From: an uncultured Methanoregulaceae archaeon | Lineage (GTDB): Archaea > Halobacteriota > Methanomicrobia > Methanomicrobiales > Methanospirillaceae | Length of the DNA stretch: 64,000 bases | Direction: 5' to 3' | Assembly: GCA_963701095.1 (NCBI GenBank) | Contig: OY969564.1 | Coordinates: 2,208,001 to 2,272,000, forward strand | In this document: piece by piece, positions 1-10,204 of the stretch | Layout of the letters: each line of letters opens with the position of its first letter | Numbering within the stretch: position 1 is the stretch's first letter | Position numbers and translations under genes: made by a program | The notes under the pieces: generated by a model | Database searches by the model: none | What the model was told of the DNA's origin: nothing | The model's input: only the letters and a program-made list of their open reading frames with translations

Positions 1-1
1 T

Positions 2-679
2 CACGTCTCTAATTTTACCGATTTCGAACTGCTCGAGCAGTATGCATCAGTCGAATATGTGCCCTGCGACGGATCACTTGAAAGTTATGATTGTATCATT
101 CTTCCTGGTACCAAGAACACTATAGACGATCTTGATGCGCTAAGGAAGGCTGGTATGGATCATAAATTATCGGCTGCACGCCAAAAGGGTGTCCCTGTTA
201 TCGGTATCTGCGGGGGGTACCAGATGCTTGGAAAAACCCTTGTTGATGAAGGCTTTGAGTCTGCCGCCGGCATTTATCCTGGTCTTGGCCTGCTTGACTG
301 TATAACACGGTTTGCATCCTATACCAAGAACACGACACAGGTGCGGCGCCGGGCAGCCTTGATATCTCCGATCCTGTCATCGATAGGAGAAGTTACCGGC
401 TACGAGATCCATATGGGAGTGACAGAACCCGGTTCTGACCGAGAGGCGTTCTCCGGTGATGGCAGGGTAAGCCCTGACGGTCTGGTGTTTGGAACCTATA
501 TGCACGGATTGTTCCTCAATCCTACCGCTGCAAATGCCCTGCTTACGTACCTGTATGGTAAAAAAGGTCTTCCCTATACACCGATTCCCGTCGAAAGTGC
601 AGATCCTTACGATCAGCTTGCGTGTTTATTTGAGGAACATGTCGATGTTGATGCGATCGTTGCCATGCTCAATGCATGA
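2..679 (+). CDS. cobQ: Cobyric acid synthase, C-terminal glutamine amidotransferase domain (5'-partial)
   Basis: Frame open from base 2 (HVSNFTDF...); motifs PGTKNT, GICGGYQMLG, GYEIHMG, GTYMHGLF. Confidence 0.95.
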   Translation, partial: HVSNFTDFELLEQYASVEYVPCDGSLESYDCIILPGTKNTIDDLDALRKAGMDHKLSAARQKGVPVIGICGGYQMLGKTLVDEGFESAAGIYPGLGLLDCITRFASYTKNTTQVRRRAALISPILSSIGEVTGYEIHMGVTEPGSDREAFSGDGRVSPDGLVFGTYMHGLFLNPTAANALLTYLYGKKGLPYTPIPVESADPYDQLACLFEEHVDVDAIVAMLNA

Positions 680-711
680 CTACGAAATGGTTTAATGGGA
701 TACTCCCCTTA

Positions 712-978
712 TTAACCGATTATGTCGGCAATGTTATGGAACCCCTCACTTTGCCGGTCCGCGCACCTGACTGCCTGGACCGCAGAGAGATCTACTTCAC
801 CGGTTACCTGGCACTTGGCACAATAGGCAAGCGACGGGGATTTTACGTACTGGCCATTAATCTTGAAATCCCGGCAGTGGATACAGAACCGGCAATGGTC
901 AACCGGCTCTTTTTTGTTAGGAAGGCATTGCACCACATTATCAATGGCATTAAGTTCACGGTATGTATCAGATCCCAA
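712..978 (-). CDS. Small Cys-rich hypothetical protein, possible metal binder
   Basis: 88 aa with CxxCxxC and CxxC; AAGGAG RBS before TTG; fills the gap between two clear genes. Confidence 0.65.
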   Translation of the reverse strand: MGSDTYRELNAIDNVVQCLPNKKEPVDHCRFCIHCRDFKINGQYVKSPSLAYCAKCQVTGEVDLSAVQAVRCADRQSEGFHNIADIIG

Positions 979-1047
979 GTCAGCAGCTCCTTTATCAGAA
1001 TTTCTCGGACACTATACTTAAAACAATTCAAAGCCAAAGTTTGAACC

Positions 1048-2226
1048 ATGAAGGTCTGTATCATGTGTGGGGGCGAGGGTACCCGCTTGCGCCCTCTCAC
1101 ATTCGAACGTCCAAAACCGTGTATCCCGATTGTCAACCGGCCCTCTGTCCAGCACCTGGTCTCGCACCTTTCCAATCTGGGATTTCGCGAAGTAGTGATG
1201 ACTCTTGGGTATATGGGAAAGGATATAGAAATGGCGCTTGGAGATGGGTCCTTATTTGGCGTTGATATTACCTATGTCCATGAAAAGACAAAGCTTGGCA
1301 CTGCAGGTAGTGTCAGGAATGCCAAAAAATATCTTGATGGGCAGGATTTTCTTATAGTCGGCGGGGATCATGTAACGGACCTTAATGTTCTTGAATTCTT
1401 CCGGGTCCATCAGAAAGAAAAAGCCATCGCCACTATCGGTCTAATTTCTATCGATGACCCCGGGGAATATGGTATTGCAGAGATTGACGTTAATTATGAA
1501 ATAAAACGGTTCAAAGAGAAGCCTGCTCCTGGTGAGATATTCTCCAATCTTGCAAGCACCGGGATGTATGTCTGTAGTCCGGAGATCTTCGATCATATCC
1601 CGGCAGGGAAAAAGTTTGACTTTGCCCGGGATCTTTTCCCCCATCTTATGGAAACCGGTCGGTCTCTCAAAGGCTGGCTTGCACGTGGGAACTGGAGTGA
1701 TGTAGGCAGCCCGCACTCGCTCCGTCAGGCAGAGCGGTGGAAACTTCAGGACATTGCTATTACCGATATAATCGGGGATCTTTCCATGCATGGCGCCAGG
1801 GTGCAGGGACCGGTACATCTGGGAGACTCGATTACGCTGGGAAAGAATACCAGTGTTATCGGACCGGTGGCAATTGGATCGGGAACTACTATAGGGAATA
1901 ATGTGCTTATCGGTCCTTATACCAGTATAGGTGACCGGTGCATTATTCGGAACAACGCGAAGATCTTCTCATCCTCGCTCTACAACCGGGTGAGTATTGG
2001 AGCAAACACCACTATTTCGGGAAGTATTATTGACAATGATACTCACATTGGTGAAGGGTGCAGCATAGAAAACGATACCGTGATTGGCCCCCGGGTAGTC
2101 CTGCGTGATAACGTTGTTGTGCATTCCAAGACCCGCATCTGGCCAGAAGTCGTTGTTAACGATGGCATGATAATTAAAGAACATATTCTTAACGATAAAT
2201 TCGATCTGAGGTGCGAAGGTTCCTGA
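1048..2226 (+). CDS. Sugar-phosphate nucleotidyltransferase (mannose-1-P guanylyltransferase-like) with C-terminal hexapeptide beta-helix
   Basis: GGEGTRLRPLT..PKP, LGTAG and FKEKP motifs; hexapeptide repeats. Confidence 0.92.
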   Translation: MKVCIMCGGEGTRLRPLTFERPKPCIPIVNRPSVQHLVSHLSNLGFREVVMTLGYMGKDIEMALGDGSLFGVDITYVHEKTKLGTAGSVRNAKKYLDGQDFLIVGGDHVTDLNVLEFFRVHQKEKAIATIGLISIDDPGEYGIAEIDVNYEIKRFKEKPAPGEIFSNLASTGMYVCSPEIFDHIPAGKKFDFARDLFPHLMETGRSLKGWLARGNWSDVGSPHSLRQAERWKLQDIAITDIIGDLSMHGARVQGPVHLGDSITLGKNTSVIGPVAIGSGTTIGNNVLIGPYTSIGDRCIIRNNAKIFSSSLYNRVSIGANTTISGSIIDNDTHIGEGCSIENDTVIGPRVVLRDNVVVHSKTRIWPEVVVNDGMIIKEHILNDKFDLRCEGS

Positions 2227-2245
2227 ATAAAATAATCAATCTTTA

Positions 2246-3028
2246 TTACCGTTTTACGAGACGGTGCGTTATTGCCACGAGCGGGTGACGGGCATAATCC
2301 AGCACCTGTACATCATCAAGTGTTTTTAAGTTCATCGTGTTAGCAGTCCGTTCCATTCCAAGTTCGATATCATCGTTAATTTCAATAATATAAGCATCAA
2401 GGGCCGTGATGCCAAGCCTCTTTGCAGCAATCGCACGATGGTGGCCATCCACCAAAATCGTCCGGCCCGGTCGGCGAACTACAATAATTGGTTCCGCAAG
2501 TCCTTTTTTGATTTCATAGATCCGGCCTTCCAGTTCGTCTTCGTAAATCTTGGATTGTGTCGGGAGCAGGTCCCTGATGGGAACAATCCCCCGGTTGAGT
2601 GTGGGATCAACGCCGTAAAGTTTTTTGAGCGTTGTTATGAAATTGAAGACTTTCTCAGGGGAAACGTGTTCGATTTGTGAACGGATCACATCTGAATTCG
2701 AAATGATCCCGAGCAGATGATTCTTCTCGTCTACAACAGGAAGTTTCTGGATACCGCTACGAAAAATTACTCTGGCGGCATCAGTGATATCCATCTCGGG
2801 ATCCGCTACGATAAGTTCTCCGGACATGGTCTGTTCTATTGTTTCATTCGGTTTTACAAAAAGCAGGTCACGGGCAGCAATATACCCGACAACTTTATCG
2901 CCGTCAAGAACCGGGAAGCCGTCATGTTTGGTCTGCTGGATCTTTTCAATTACCGATTGGACAGTCCCATGCAGATCCACACTGATGACATCATAGGTCA
3001 TATAGTCCTTGACCTTTTTTTTATCCAT
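2246..3028 (-). CDS. CBS-pair plus ParB/sulfiredoxin-like domain protein
   Basis: Two CBS repeats (HDGFPV, IQKLPVVD) followed by LLPTQ...EPIIV...LVDGHHR. Confidence 0.88.
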   Translation of the reverse strand: MDKKKVKDYMTYDVISVDLHGTVQSVIEKIQQTKHDGFPVLDGDKVVGYIAARDLLFVKPNETIEQTMSGELIVADPEMDITDAARVIFRSGIQKLPVVDEKNHLLGIISNSDVIRSQIEHVSPEKVFNFITTLKKLYGVDPTLNRGIVPIRDLLPTQSKIYEDELEGRIYEIKKGLAEPIIVVRRPGRTILVDGHHRAIAAKRLGITALDAYIIEINDDIELGMERTANTMNLKTLDDVQVLDYARHPLVAITHRLVKR

Positions 3029-3198
3029 CTGTATATTTTCCGGCTCCCGTGACTTTAAATGAATCGATACAGGAAGAGAATTCGGATGAAATTATAATGG
3101 GTGAGGGGGGTGGAATTTCACGCTATAAGAAAAGATGTACCTCGTATCAGAATAGTTTATGACCGTTCAACAGTGAATGATTAAAGAGGATCATTGGA

Positions 3199-3889
3199 AT
3201 GGGAACAAAAAAACAAGCAGAAAAATCAAAAAAGCTGTGGATAAAAGTACCTTGCGGTACTTGCCGGGATTGTATTCGTTTTTCTCATGGTATTCTCTGC
3301 TGTGGGCTCAAGCTGGATTACATCTCTTGCCTCGATCAAACCCGGCGACGTGGTAGTATTAGACTATACACTCAAAGATGCTCAGGGTAATCCTATTGTG
3401 ACCTCAAACCAGCAGCTTTACACACAGCTCACAAGTCAGGGGTCTAATATTATGTTTTCAAAGCCTCTCACGATCACAGCAAATCAGTCTCTTGTTACTA
3501 ATTTATCTCCGGTGCAGGTCTATTCACAATCAGCAGGTTGGACAAACCAACTCGCTTTATTAAAAAGCGAGTACGACACAATCAGTTCGGGGATTATAGG
3601 TCTCAAAGTAAACGGTCGTAAAACAATCTCCCTCCCCTCAGCAGAATCGGAGTTCGTATCGTCACAACAGCTGGCATTGAGCAACCTGAGTGTTTCATCA
3701 ATTCAGGTTGGTGATCTGATGCCCCTTGGTGTCTCCGATACCCCGATGGCGTCGGCAAACCAATCCAGTTCCACACAATACTTCAGGATTGCAGAAGTGG
3801 TAAACAAAACGAAGGATGGCATCACCCTTGATTTCTCTTACCCTAGTGTCGATATAACAGTAACATCGATCAATCAGGCATCGAGCTGA
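3199..3889 (+). CDS. Membrane-anchored FKBP/SlyD-like protein, split by a +1 indel at about 3250
   Basis: Removing one C at 3250-3251 joins MGTKKQ..KV to LAVLAGIVFVFLMVFSAVG (TM helix); KPGDVVVLDYTL and ITLDFSYP resemble FKBP/SlyD. Confidence 0.65.
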
Positions 3890-4121
3890 TACACTCTTTA
3901 GAAAACAATTTTAACAATTTTTCAAATCTTCCATGAATGTGATAAACTTATTTCGTCTTTTCCAGAATTTTCCGTCTCCCTGTTCGATACATTAGTGGCC
4001 GGATCCCTATATGGATTGTTTGACCCCCACAAAGGCATCACATTTTTCAAAAAAAAGATCGTTCAAAAAAGAATTTCAATTCGGGATCGAATTGCATCAT
4101 AAGAACTATTCGAAAAAAAAC

Positions 4122-4697
4122 TTACGATCTGAACCCGTAGATACGCTTGATACGGTGAGCGATCGTTTTCCAACCCTCTTTTCGCATCAGGGGGCCGTCG
4201 CGCAGCTTAATATGGGACAGGGTGAAGCGTTTCCCATCGACTACGTATTTTTCGCCTACAACAAATTCGTCCTCTCCTTCACATTCAGTATAAAGAGGAA
4301 TCGTCTTTCTGCCGTCATGCACTGAGATTTTTACAACAACCCTGTCGATGGTCCGGGTCCACAGTGTTGTAATATCTTTTGCCTTTGCCCGTGGCAGCCG
4401 TCTCCCCCCACATTCAATTGCAGTAACCTCTACACCATAGGCTTCATCCCCGCATTCTGCTACCAGATGATCCTCAAGGAAACACTCGTCATCCGGGTCG
4501 AATTCTATGGAACCATTTAATGAGGTCCCTTCCCGGGAAATGATGGTCTTTATCACAAGCATTTCAGGTTCCTTTTCCCATGGAATCCGGTGGTGGAGAC
4601 CGCATGTTGTGCACCGGACGAGGCGATCGCGGGATTCAGAGAGAACTTCATGTTCGGTCTCTTCCCGGCAGTCGGGACATAAAACGGTGATAAACAT
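4122..4697 (-). CDS. Archaeal zinc-finger protein (HVO_0476-like)
   Basis: ATG at 4697; CPDC..EHEVL..VRCTTCG..H zinc ribbon. Confidence 0.85.
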   Translation of the reverse strand: MFITVLCPDCREETEHEVLSESRDRLVRCTTCGLHHRIPWEKEPEMLVIKTIISREGTSLNGSIEFDPDDECFLEDHLVAECGDEAYGVEVTAIECGGRRLPRAKAKDITTLWTRTIDRVVVKISVHDGRKTIPLYTECEGEDEFVVGEKYVVDGKRFTLSHIKLRDGPLMRKEGWKTIAHRIKRIYGFRS

Positions 4698-4731
4698 TAA
4701 AATATGAATGGCGACCCTCACATGATAAAGC

Positions 4732-5169
4732 ATGAAGGCGCAGGAGATTATCCGGTGCCGGGGCCATCCGTTCGTCCTCGGTACCCATCCGACAACATTT
4801 GAGGTGACCTGCGAAGAGCAGCTCAGCCAAAATGGCAACTGCATTATTGGTATAGCCGCAGACAAAGGTTGCGCCGGACTCTCCCCGGAATTCAGGGCCC
4901 TCCTTTCCAACGACGACGCAGTGCTCGTGACCTGGCTTTGCTCCGGCGACATTACAGCCGAAATCCGATCGCAGGGTTCGGCTCATTTAACTCTCGATCA
5001 CCCGACTGATATTGTCTGGCGGCGCAGTACGTTTACCTGTGGAAGAACCATCGGCATCTGCTCTGATCAGGTCGCTACGTCGCTGTCCAGGGAGCTGATC
5101 ACCAGACTCAAGGGTGGTGCCGAAATGACCGTTACCCTTACCGTCACTCGTCCCGGCTCAGGGTCGTAA
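4732..5169 (+). CDS. DUF371 family archaeal protein
   Basis: GHP.V.GTHPTTFEVT, GNCIIGI.ADKG, DIVWRRS.F motifs. Confidence 0.88.
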   Translation: MKAQEIIRCRGHPFVLGTHPTTFEVTCEEQLSQNGNCIIGIAADKGCAGLSPEFRALLSNDDAVLVTWLCSGDITAEIRSQGSAHLTLDHPTDIVWRRSTFTCGRTIGICSDQVATSLSRELITRLKGGAEMTVTLTVTRPGSGS

Positions 5170-5329
5170 TCTTTTCTTCAGCGTCAGCAAGCAAGGATTC
5201 GCATTGTTTCACGAGTTCTGCACCCCGTTCGTATAATTTCATGCTTTCATCCAGGCTTGTGCCGCCGTCTTCAATTTTTGCAATAATCTGTCGTAATTGC
5301 TCGATCTTTTCTTCGTAGGTTTCAGTCAT
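5144..5329 (-). CDS. xseB: Exodeoxyribonuclease VII small subunit
   Basis: YEE.IE.L..II.KIE.G..SLDES..LYERG..L...C...L..AE; overlaps xseA. Confidence 0.92.
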   Translation of the reverse strand: MTETYEEKIEQLRQIIAKIEDGGTSLDESMKLYERGAELVKQCESLLADAEEKITTLSRDE

Positions 5330-6578
5330 GATCTACACGCTCCGTAACAACCCTGCTGCACCCATCATAAAAATGCAGGTCCAGACGGTCGTCTTTTTTG
5401 AGACTATTCACCGTTTTCACCACGATACCGTCTTTTTCTGCAACACAATATCCCCGGGCAAGAACAGCGCGAGGGCTTCTTCCTTCAAGTGAAGTTTTTA
5501 TTTCCGCAAGCGTAAGATGATCGCGTTCGATCCTGGTTACGAACGCTCGTTCGAGTCTGTCAGAGAGATCTGCAGTGGCCTGTCTCTTCTCACTAATTCT
5601 CCGGGAGAACCGTTGCGGGCGGAAACGATCCCGCAGATCCGTAACCTCCTCCCGTGCGCGTGTAATGCGGGCAAGCAGAGTTGTCCTTAGTTGGCACTGG
5701 AGATCAACAACCACAATCCGGAGATCTTTCCTGTCCGGTACTACCAATTCGGCTGCGGCTGAAGGCGTTGGAGCTCGAACATCGGCGGCGAGATCTGCAA
5801 GGGTTATATCAACTTCGTGGCCTATTGCTGATACAACCGGCACAGGACAAGCGACAATCGCCCGAACGACATCAGGATGGTTAAAAGGGAAGAGATCCTC
5901 AAAACTTCCTCCGCCCCTGGCAACGATTACGACATCGACGTATTTTGCGACGCGAGCCAGAGCGAGAGTGATCCCGGCGTGCGCGTCTTCACCCTGAACT
6001 GCGGTAGGGGATATAATGATCTCCACAGGGAAACGACGGGCAATTACTGTACGGATATCGTGGATGACGGCACCGGTCTCAGACGTGACCACACCTACCC
6101 GGGAAGGAAACTGAGGAAGAAGACGCTTCCGGTCTGTTGCAAAACATCCCTCGCTTGCCAGTTCTTTTCTCCATCTCTCGACTAAAAGGAATTTTTCCCC
6201 GGCGCCACCCCGGGTCATCTTTTTTACCTGCAACTGGTAGGATCCCTGTGGTGGATATACCCGGACTGAACCGGTGACAACCACCTCCAAACCGTCTTCC
6301 GGGCTGAACGAAAGACGGTCCGTGTCCGCTCGCCACATAACACACCTGATGACCGAAGGCATATTTTCATTCCCTTTCTCTGAAAGAGAGAAGTATAGGT
6401 GACCACGGCTGTGGCGTTTATAGTTGGTGATCTCTCCCTGGACCCTTATATCCTGTAATTGTCGATTATCGAGGAGACATTCAATGATGCCACTGAGCTC
6501 TCGTACTGTGAGTGGTTTGTCGGGGGTTTCCGCCGGTTCCTGCGTGTCCGATGACTCGGATTGGTAAAACCAGTCCAT
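5322..6578 (-). CDS. xseA: Exodeoxyribonuclease VII large subunit
   Basis: GEITN..GHLYFSL OB fold; ARGGGSFEDL, SAIGHEVD, APTPSAAAE. Confidence 0.96.
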   Translation of the reverse strand: MDWFYQSESSDTQEPAETPDKPLTVRELSGIIECLLDNRQLQDIRVQGEITNYKRHSRGHLYFSLSEKGNENMPSVIRCVMWRADTDRLSFSPEDGLEVVVTGSVRVYPPQGSYQLQVKKMTRGGAGEKFLLVERWRKELASEGCFATDRKRLLPQFPSRVGVVTSETGAVIHDIRTVIARRFPVEIIISPTAVQGEDAHAGITLALARVAKYVDVVIVARGGGSFEDLFPFNHPDVVRAIVACPVPVVSAIGHEVDITLADLAADVRAPTPSAAAELVVPDRKDLRIVVVDLQCQLRTTLLARITRAREEVTDLRDRFRPQRFSRRISEKRQATADLSDRLERAFVTRIERDHLTLAEIKTSLEGRSPRAVLARGYCVAEKDGIVVKTVNSLKKDDRLDLHFYDGCSRVVTERVDHD

Positions 6579-6621
6579 CAGGATTTATTATACACAAAGC
6601 GCTTATTTAATTAGTATTATC

Positions 6622-7449
6622 ATGACCGCTTACGGCGTTTCAAGCATGTTCTTCCATGATTATACCTCAGGGAAGATATTCTCGTTTGTCGCACAAACCG
6701 GTCTTGATGGGCTTGAATTCTGGCTTGAAACCCCCCACTTCTGGCTTCGTGATCTCCCGGTCAACGAATTAATTGGATGTCGGCAGGAATATCCGGAGAT
6801 TACCACCTTTTCTGTGCATGCACCAGTCTTGGATCTCAATCCATGTTCTATCAACCCGGATATCGCAGAAATTTCCGTCGTCTCAACGGTCCGGGCACTT
6901 ACCATGGCAAAGGCCCTGGGAGTTAGTGTCTTCACAGTACATCCCGGCAGGAGGACGGCGAAACGGCCTCCGGGGGATGCAGATCTCGCCCGGTTTGATC
7001 ATTATATATCTGCACTCCGGGATGCCGCCCTCAAGGACCCTTTAACTGTCGCGATTGAAAATATGGAACCAGCCGTTAATTCTCTTATCTGTACTCCTGA
7101 GCGGATGAGGGAAGTTCTTGATGCCGAACCGTGGCTCAGATTCACGCTTGATACATCCCACGCACTTATAGCGTCAGAGGAAATAGTAATGGAATACATC
7201 GATCTTTGTTCTGACCGGCTCGCCAACGTGCACATCAGCAGAGCAGAAAATTGCCGGATGCACCTCCCGCTTGACCAGAGCCCCGTTATTGCCCGGATCC
7301 TGGGGGCGCTCTGTGATCACCATTATCAGGGCGCCCTCATGCTTGAGATCGATGATCTCAACTTCAAAAAACCATTGTCTGCCGGGGAAAAATGTGCAGT
7401 CCTTGCAAGAGATCTTGCATTTATGAAGGACTGTATGGAGCAGGAATGA
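6622..7449 (+). CDS. Sugar phosphate isomerase/epimerase family (AP-endonuclease-2 TIM barrel)
   Basis: SVHAP, TVHPG, IENM, LDTSH, NVHIS metal-binding motifs. Confidence 0.85.
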   Translation: MTAYGVSSMFFHDYTSGKIFSFVAQTGLDGLEFWLETPHFWLRDLPVNELIGCRQEYPEITTFSVHAPVLDLNPCSINPDIAEISVVSTVRALTMAKALGVSVFTVHPGRRTAKRPPGDADLARFDHYISALRDAALKDPLTVAIENMEPAVNSLICTPERMREVLDAEPWLRFTLDTSHALIASEEIVMEYIDLCSDRLANVHISRAENCRMHLPLDQSPVIARILGALCDHHYQGALMLEIDDLNFKKPLSAGEKCAVLARDLAFMKDCMEQE

Positions 7450-7558
7450 TTACAAAACCGTCGTCCGTTGGTTTTATTAAATCATGTTCCCCATACTTGC
7501 TGTAGATAACGACTATGAACCAAAGATACTGTCGTGCTCTTGCACGGCGTGAAAGAAG

Positions 7559-8836
7559 ATGATAGAGGATTTTTTTTATCTTCTGCTCTTTATCATCTGC
7601 ATCCTGCTCTCCGCTTTTTTCTCCAGTTCGGAGGTCGCTCTCATCTCGATTACCAAGGCGAGGGTTCGAACACTGGTTAACGATAAGAAGCCAGGATCTC
7701 TCGCACTTGCCACCTTAAAAGAAAAGCCGGATCATTTCCTGATTACCATCCTTATAGGAAATACTATCGTCAATATAGCGGCTGCAGCCATCGCCACCGC
7801 GATTGCAATCAACCTTTTTGGCGGCATTGGGGTAGGGATCGCTACGGTCTTTGTGGTTGTAATTCTGCTGGTGTTTGGAGAGATCGGTCCAAAGATTTAC
7901 GCAACCCGTACCCCGGATAATTACCCCCGGGCAGTCGCACCTGTCATACTTTTCCTCTCGCGCCTTCTCTCTCCTGTTATCTGGATCGTAGAGCGGGTGA
8001 GCCCCTCTCTTGGTGTTGGTAAAGATTCCGGAGAGCCTGCCATTACTGAACAAGAGATCAGAGAATGGATCGACGTGGGAAAGGAAGAAGGGACTATCGA
8101 ACAGGATGAAAAAGAGATGTTATATTCTGTCCTTGAGTTCGGGGATAAGACCGCGAGAGAGATCATGACCCCCCGCGTTGATGTTACCCTGATGCAAGAT
8201 ACCATGGCAATTAACGAAGTCATCCGGATCTTCAATGAAACAGGCTTTTCCAGAATCCCGGTTTACAACGGGCAGATTGATAATATTACCGGGGTTCTTA
8301 ATGTAAAAGATGTCTTCTCTGCAATGGTTTCCAAAAGGAAGGACATCTCGATAAAAGAGATAATGTATGACCCGACCTTTGTACCGGAAACAAAGAAAAT
8401 TGACGATCTCTTAAAGGAACTTCAGGTACACCGGGTCCAGATTGCTATTGTAATCGATGAATACAGCAGTTTTGTTGGGATAGTAACCGTTGAGGACATA
8501 CTAGAAGAGCTTGTTGGTGATATCAGGGACGAGTACGACCGGGAAGAACCCGATGTCCAGAAAATTGCAGACGGCGTCTTTGTACTTGATGCCCAGATGT
8601 GGGTTGATAATATCAACGACGAGCTGGGCCTTGGGCTTCCCATAGACGAGTCTTACGAGACTGTTGGCGGCCTTTTGATTGACAGGCTCGGGCACATACC
8701 TCAGCATCCGGGAGAAAAAGTTGAGATCGAGAGAGGAAGGATAACTCTTGTTGTCATGCAAATGCATGGCCGACGCATCGTAAAAGTCAAGTGTGTCGTC
8801 CGACCGGAGATCCAGGATGGGGGCGACGTCCGATAA
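7559..8836 (+). CDS. CNNM/CorB-type (DUF21-CBS-CorC) membrane protein
   Basis: SAFFSSSEVAL, GEIGPK, IMTPRVD, FSRIPVY, VEDILEELVG. Confidence 0.93.
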   Translation: MIEDFFYLLLFIICILLSAFFSSSEVALISITKARVRTLVNDKKPGSLALATLKEKPDHFLITILIGNTIVNIAAAAIATAIAINLFGGIGVGIATVFVVVILLVFGEIGPKIYATRTPDNYPRAVAPVILFLSRLLSPVIWIVERVSPSLGVGKDSGEPAITEQEIREWIDVGKEEGTIEQDEKEMLYSVLEFGDKTAREIMTPRVDVTLMQDTMAINEVIRIFNETGFSRIPVYNGQIDNITGVLNVKDVFSAMVSKRKDISIKEIMYDPTFVPETKKIDDLLKELQVHRVQIAIVIDEYSSFVGIVTVEDILEELVGDIRDEYDREEPDVQKIADGVFVLDAQMWVDNINDELGLGLPIDESYETVGGLLIDRLGHIPQHPGEKVEIERGRITLVVMQMHGRRIVKVKCVVRPEIQDGGDVR

Positions 8837-8846
8837 CCGAGGAAGT

Positions 8847-9452
8847 ATGGAAAAGCGGATCGTAGTAGTTGCTTCCGGAAGGGGTTCGAACTTTCAGGCC
8901 GTTATCAATGCCCTGAAGAGAGGGACAATACCAGCGATCTGCGTGGCACTTATCACTGATAATTCAAAAGCCTATGTGATCGAGCGGGCAAAATCTGAGT
9001 GCATCCCGGTTATTTTGGTTGATTACGCAACATTCTCCTCCCGGGAACTCTACGAACAGGCCCTTCTTACCGCACTTAAAAAAACCCAGCCAGATCTCGT
9101 TGTCCTTGCCGGTTATATGAGGATTATGGGTAGAGGCGTCGTGAAGGAATTTTCAGGAAGGATGATGAATATCCATCCGGCGCTTCTCCCCAGTTTTGCC
9201 GGTCTCCATGCCCAGCGCCAGGCTCTTCTGCATGCGGTAAAAGTTACCGGGTGCACGGTGCATTTCGTCGATGATAGTCTGGATGGGGGGCCGATTATCC
9301 TCCAGCGCTGCGTACGGGTGATGGACGAAGACGACGAGGACACCCTCGCCGAACGTATCCTCATCCAGGAGCATATTGCCCTCCCTGAAGCAATCAGGCT
9401 TTTCTGCGAGGATCGTCTGACCATCGAAGGCAGGAAAGTCCGGACACGGTGA
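8847..9452 (+). CDS. purN: Phosphoribosylglycinamide formyltransferase
   Basis: SGRGSNFQA, LAGYMRI, NIHPALLPSF, GCTVHFV, DGGPII; ATG at 8847 preferred. Confidence 0.96.
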   Translation: MEKRIVVVASGRGSNFQAVINALKRGTIPAICVALITDNSKAYVIERAKSECIPVILVDYATFSSRELYEQALLTALKKTQPDLVVLAGYMRIMGRGVVKEFSGRMMNIHPALLPSFAGLHAQRQALLHAVKVTGCTVHFVDDSLDGGPIILQRCVRVMDEDDEDTLAERILIQEHIALPEAIRLFCEDRLTIEGRKVRTR

Positions 9453-9543
9453 TTGACTTTTCTGAAAGGGAAATATTGTCCGGGCACCCGCTTTTTTATA
9501 TCCCGGCCGCTGATAGTATGACACCTGCAAGGTAGCCACGAAC

Positions 9544-9858
9544 ATGAAAGACAGGAAACGCACCGCCTCCTTAAAACCATTGGCACGGGAGCGGATTGCC
9601 GTGCTTTTTTCTGAAGCGGAAAAGATATACAATAAGCATCCCGAATATAGTGACCGCTATGTTGCTCTCGCCCGGAAGATTTCCATGCGTGAGCGTGTCA
9701 GGATCGACCGGGAATACCGTCATCGTTTCTGCCATCACTGCTACCGGTACCTCATGCCGGGAATGAATATGCGTGTGCGAATACACCCGGGATGGGTTGC
9801 GGTAACCTGTCTCGATTGCAAAAAGACGACCCGGTACAGGATGGAGGTATCCCCGTGA
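9544..9858 (+). CDS. rnp4: Ribonuclease P protein component 4 (Rpp21)
   Basis: ARERI..L, RYV.LARKI, CHHC...CLDC. Confidence 0.93.
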   Translation: MKDRKRTASLKPLARERIAVLFSEAEKIYNKHPEYSDRYVALARKISMRERVRIDREYRHRFCHHCYRYLMPGMNMRVRIHPGWVAVTCLDCKKTTRYRMEVSP

Positions 9859-10106
9859 CCACAAAAACTGATCCCGCGATGCAGGACCTCAAACCAACGG
9901 TCTGGATTGGAAAACAGGGCTGCACCGAAGCGGCTGTCGAAGAGATCGTAGCCCAGCTCAAAAAACGCAAGACCATAAAGATAAAGTGGCTTCAGAATAC
10001 GGATGTAGATCCTGATGCGGTGGCGGCTGCGGCCCATGCTGCTCTCGTCGAAGTCAGAGGAAGGACAATGGTTCTTACCGAATCGGCAAAAAAGGGAAAA
10101 AAATAA
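9855..10106 (+). CDS. YhbY/CRS1 family RNA-binding protein
   Basis: LKPTVWIGKQG, QL..RKTIKIK, VEVRGRT; GTG overlaps rnp4 stop. Confidence 0.9.
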   Translation: MTTKTDPAMQDLKPTVWIGKQGCTEAAVEEIVAQLKKRKTIKIKWLQNTDVDPDAVAAAAHAALVEVRGRTMVLTESAKKGKK

Positions 10107-10204
10107 GTCCTTTTACCGGTATCCGGTATCTCGAAATATATAAAAACCTCGCTTACCAATAAGATAAGACTGTTATTTAATTTTAAAAACAGTGAGGAAT
10201 CTAC

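Noticed and set aside
5144..6578. Bacterial-type exonuclease VII in an archaeon as a novelty
   Set aside because: xseAB is already known from several methanogen lineages
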